NCBI GenBank assembly: GCA_965223485.1
Contig: OZ244993.1
Coordinates: 177,438 to 241,437 of the forward strand
DNA: 64,000 bases
Direction of reading: 5' to 3'
Origin: Rhodothermales bacterium
GTDB taxonomy: Bacteria; Bacteroidota; Rhodothermia; Rhodothermales; VXPQ01
Shown here piece after piece: positions 62,601 through 64,000 of the stretch. The notes under the pieces are model-generated. The model was given only the letters and a program-made list of their open reading frames with translations. It was not told the origin of the DNA and searched no databases. Position 1 is the first letter of the stretch, and every line of letters starts with the position of its first letter. The position numbers were made by a program, and so were the translations under genes.

Positions 62601-64000
62601 GTGTAATAGAAAAGCAAGTCTTCCGTGTATGTATCTATCTCATCCCATCGGGGGACGTCAAAAATGGGGTTAGGTATATTTGTAGCGCTTAATCTATCCG
62701 TATCTGACGTGGTTTCGCGAGGGATCCACTCCCAAATGGCGCCTTCCGGCGCACCCGGGGCGGAGCACTCCAGTTCAATATCCTCCCAACCTGCATAAAC
62801 ACCATAGTACACCTCAGAACACGCAAGATTAAATCTATCGAAATCCAGATCTCTGATCACCACCGTATATCTGGACCTGAATTCATCGGCATTATCAGCT
62901 GATATGATACGGGAATATTCATAAACCATGTCTTCCGGAACATCGTCAGGGACCTGAAAAACGGGAGTACTAACCTCTGTGCTGCTCAAGAGCGAAAGAG
63001 CGCTGGTCGGCGTAACGCCCAGGTTTGTCCATGTGTATCTGTAAATGGGATCGTCTCCCGGAGCCCCTTGCAGGGGATCGAGACAGCCAACGAGACTGAA
63101 ATCCGGCGCCCCTTCATTTTTCTCGTATGCCCGACGGCCTATACAACTTTGGATATCCGGCTTCTCCAATACCCTGACCGTAATGTCGGTGCTGGCCGTG
63201 TCGATGCCTGCAACCGACAGCGTTACCGTATAGTCGTAGTCCTTGTCCCACCCGCCTACTTCGCCCGGCACGGAAAATGTGGGGGTTGCTCTGTCCGTGC
63301 CCGTCAACCGATTGGCGACATCCGCGCCCGTCCAACTGTACGCAGCATCCGAAGGCTCGTTCTCTACCGAACAGTCCAGCGTAATATCGGCCGCACCCTC
63401 GTAGACCTCGCTATCTGCGCATGTGAGCGAAGGAGCCGCCGCATCCGTGTCTTTCACCGTCACCGTAACCTCGGCGGTCCCAGCATCCGCTCTATTCACC
63501 GTAGCCCTTACCGTGTAGGTATATGTCGTGTCTTGCTCTACACTGCCGGGTACAGCGAACGTGGGCGTACCCGTATCGTGATCCGTAAGACGAGTAGTCG
63601 GTGACCAGGACCACGTATATGAAGAGCCGCTCGGAGCGCCCGACGCCTCGCACTCCAGTTCAATGTCGGCCGAACCCTCGTACACGGAATCGGGATCCTC
63701 ACAAGTAACAACAATGGGTGGTTTGTTCTTGACATTCACCGCATAGGACATTAAAAAAGGATCCGCATTGTCCGCCGATACGGTCATCGTATACTCGTAC
63801 CTCTTGTCCTCGGAAACTGCATCGGGAACCCGGAAGAAAGGCTCCTCGACGTCCGTGGCGCTCAAAAGAGAGATAGCGGTACTCGAAGTGCTTCCCCTGG
63901 TCGTCCAGTTGTACCTGTAGACGGGACTGAGGCCCGGAGCGCCTGTATAATTATACTCTGGACAGTACGTCAACTGAAAATCCGCTTCTCCTTCATAGCT
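56609..64000 (-). CDS. Giant secreted Ig/PKD-like repeat protein, paralog E. Partial: the 5' end lies beyond the right edge, with >2,460 codons in the window.
   Basis: Track ORF 56609..63973 begins at an internal TTG. The frame stays open to 64000 (SYEGEADFQ LTYCPEYNY...). The C-terminal module is 56609-58099, about 14 aa longer than in the other paralogs and with a different last ~25 aa. There are 14 regular modules, then irregular modules homologous to those of A. Confidence 0.9.
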   Translation of the reverse strand, partial: SYEGEADFQLTYCPEYNYTGAPGLSPVYRYNWTTRGSTSSTAISLLSATDVEEPFFRVPDAVSEDKRYEYTMTVSADNADPFLMSYAVNVKNKPPIVVTCEDPDSVYEGSADIELECEASGAPSGSSYTWSWSPTTRLTDHDTGTPTFAVPGSVEQDTTYTYTVRATVNRADAGTAEVTVTVKDTDAAAPSLTCADSEVYEGAADITLDCSVENEPSDAAYSWTGADVANRLTGTDRATPTFSVPGEVGGWDKDYDYTVTLSVAGIDTASTDITVRVLEKPDIQSCIGRRAYEKNEGAPDFSLVGCLDPLQGAPGDDPIYRYTWTNLGVTPTSALSLLSSTEVSTPVFQVPDDVPEDMVYEYSRIISADNADEFRSRYTVVIRDLDFDRFNLACSEVYYGVYAGWEDIELECSAPGAPEGAIWEWIPRETTSDTDRLSATNIPNPIFDVPRWDEIDTYTEDLLFYYTVSVSAGIQSNETNIVVRVKTAGGWTMSCSTEASFFEGDSDKTIANCSAVTANGDILPDSHFTWEWMTRGTTSDTDRLGATDIPNPSFDVPDSIDNHEIYEYTLKVTWGRGSGSYLISVTVLDRDAFDATLALVCADPPSVYEGSEDFDLDCSASGAPAGVAYSYKWQGSRLDLARLIAGADGPTPTFAVPRAINETRTYSYRLTVSGGNTIPASADVTVTVLNKGALALACADPGSVYEGSADIAFDCSASGAPAGSAYEYAWTAIGSTTNTALLSAADIASPVFYVPEEVDATTTYEYLLTASAENAESGSAEVTVTVLNRGALALACADPGSVYEGSADIAFDCSVSGAPAGSAYEYAWTAIGSTTNTALLSAADIASPVFYVPEEVDATTTYEYLLTASAENAESGSAEVTVTVLNRGALAVVCADPGSVYEGSEDFAFDCSASGAPSGSDYAYEWTARGSTANTDRLISGTDGPAPTFYVPDALDATTTYEYLLTASAENAESGSAEVTVTVLNRGALAVVCADPGSVYEGSEDFAFDCSASGAPSGSDYAYEWTARGSTANTDRLISGTDGPAPTFYVPDALDATTTYEYLLTASAENAESGSAAVTVTVLNVGALRVVCADPPSVYEGSEDIAFDCAASGAPGGSAYEYEWTARNGTANTDLLIAGADGPAPTFDVPEEVDATTTYEYTLTVSAENADPASADVTVTVLNKGALALACADPGSVYEGSEDFALDCAASGAPGGSAYVYSWIAQGGKPDTGLLSATDIASPTFHVPDDVPQTTTYEYRLRVSAENAESAVALVRVKVLNKGALALACADPGSVYEGSEDFAFDCAASGAPGGSAYVYSWIAQGGKPDTGLLSATDIASPTFHVPDDVPQTTTYEYGLRVSAENAESAVALVRVTVLNKGALALVCADPGSVYEGSEDIAFDCAASGAPGGSAYEYEWTARGSTTNTDLLSGADIASPVFAVPEEVDATTTYEYTLTVSAENADPASADVTVKVLNKGALALACADPGSVYEGSEDIAFDCAASGAPGGSAYVYSWIAQGGKPDTGLLSATDIASPTFRVPDDVPQTTTYEYRLRVSAENAESAVALVRVKVLNKGALALACADPGSVYEGSEDIAFDCAASGAPGGSAYEYEWTARGSTTNTDLLSGADIASPVFAVPEEVDATTTYEYTLTVSAENADPASADVTVTVLNKGALALACADPGSVYEGSADFALDCAASGAPGGSTYGYAWTAIGATPNTSRLSAADISSPTFHVPDALEETTTYEYLLTASAENAKSGSAEVTVTVLNRGALALACADPGSVYEGSEDIAFDCAASGAPGGSEYTYAWTARGSTTNTDLLSGADIASPVFAVPEEVDATTMYEYLLTASAENAEDATAEVTVTVLNKGALALACADPGSVYEGSADIAFDCSASGAPGDNPQYTYAWTARGDTPDTALLSATNIASPTFHVPDEVEEDETYEYLLTVSAANAKDAAADVTVTVLDRIRTPAPDPVSPPAEEPPADPLPAVAESSSRAPSDPTALGVRVSASSLRFGVQSAQTRASLDPMTDQISTRVSGPYHAGRMTLSPGGGASFDENGEMSLSIELASPVVLRRKEGGVEAALIVLAPNWSFAESCEQLSSQAIGGLYTEATLSEADCRLLRFGGELDLTDAPSGRYAGAIDVVLRSGESEETHSVEVEVTVVPSQRVITIGPGGVRFSTSREVPAGLTEDQSLSIYPDVAFLTEGKPNGAFELSNPSLIPLEVSVSARFGYTEATENGREVVIESPDGSRLGDLSKVVDIHPGVLVLQPGEKGLIRYGVQEGALAAMEEQGYAAFFDVASSPRQYVRTDRMPEEVTGERTARVTMRVPGVYVPGEGASQLRATLLSLSYGVSMSATFLLETQDRPFAGEVVAYDGQGRELGRRETLVYTRSRVRVPLARMPEEEVVFLRFAPWGSSRVPEPTSVEWNAPGRDIGDVGYKEKTPARDSVKAVVVADDH
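58100..62215 (-). repeat. In-frame tandem array of ~14 units of 294-297 bp inside paralog E, including near-identical adjacent doublets.
   Basis: Identical shadow-ORF translations start at 59910 and 60204 (294 bp apart), with near-identical copies at 59322. Doublets lie at ~60740-61335 and ~61335-61925. Confidence 0.9.

Noticed and set aside
1-64000. Searched by eye for integrase, transposase, IS inverted repeats, phage genes, toxin-antitoxin or known defence-system genes that could explain the accessory character of the region.
   Set aside because: No ORF showed recognisable motifs of these classes. The plasticity seen here is explained by homologous recombination among the giant-gene repeats rather than by an identifiable mobile element.

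Overview
GC-rich bacterial chromosomal segment. It looks Bacteroidota/Rhodothermia-like: the TonB-dependent receptor has a CarboxypepD_reg-type N-terminus, and Gln follows almost every predicted signal-peptidase-I site. The acidic proteins suggest a halophile. This placement is inference only.

More than half the window is one paralogous family of giant secreted repeat proteins, all on the minus strand:
- D: <1..5433
- C: 5478..14180
- B: 25512..31007
- A: 31052..40414
- E: 56609..>64000
- a collapsed 276-aa mini-copy: 22111..22941
- a frameshifted remnant: 17149..17672

Each large member has four parts: a signal peptide, about 430 aa of N-terminal Ig-like domains, 10 to more than 25 modules of 98-99 aa (294-297 bp) each with a C-x16-C pair, and a conserved C-terminal module of about 480 aa that I cannot assign to a known sorting domain. 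At motif level that C-terminal module resembles a pilin-like domain followed by a PapD-chaperone-like domain.

The pairs C-D and A-B are collinear segmental duplicates. They share a 370-bp upstream region that differs by (TA)8 versus (TA)6. The start codons of B and D are borrowed from a duplicated 5' fragment of the downstream DCC thiol-oxidoreductase gene.

Between and around the giant genes lie:
- a fused GAF-PAS-histidine kinase-receiver-wHTH regulator
- an ExbB-less ExbD/ExbD/TPR-lipoprotein operon, bracketed by the two small family members
- non-phosphorylative L-fucose pathway genes (fucD apart from SDR + FAH hydrolase), separated by tRNA-Ala(GGC), DCC and giants B and A
- a sulfatase, eda and a TonB-dependent receptor
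- a housekeeping block: valS, aroC, htrA, plsC, a periplasmic thioredoxin-like gene and a GT4 glycosyltransferase

I saw no transposase, integrase, CRISPR array or rRNA. All domain assignments come from motif recognition by eye and need HMM or structure searches.
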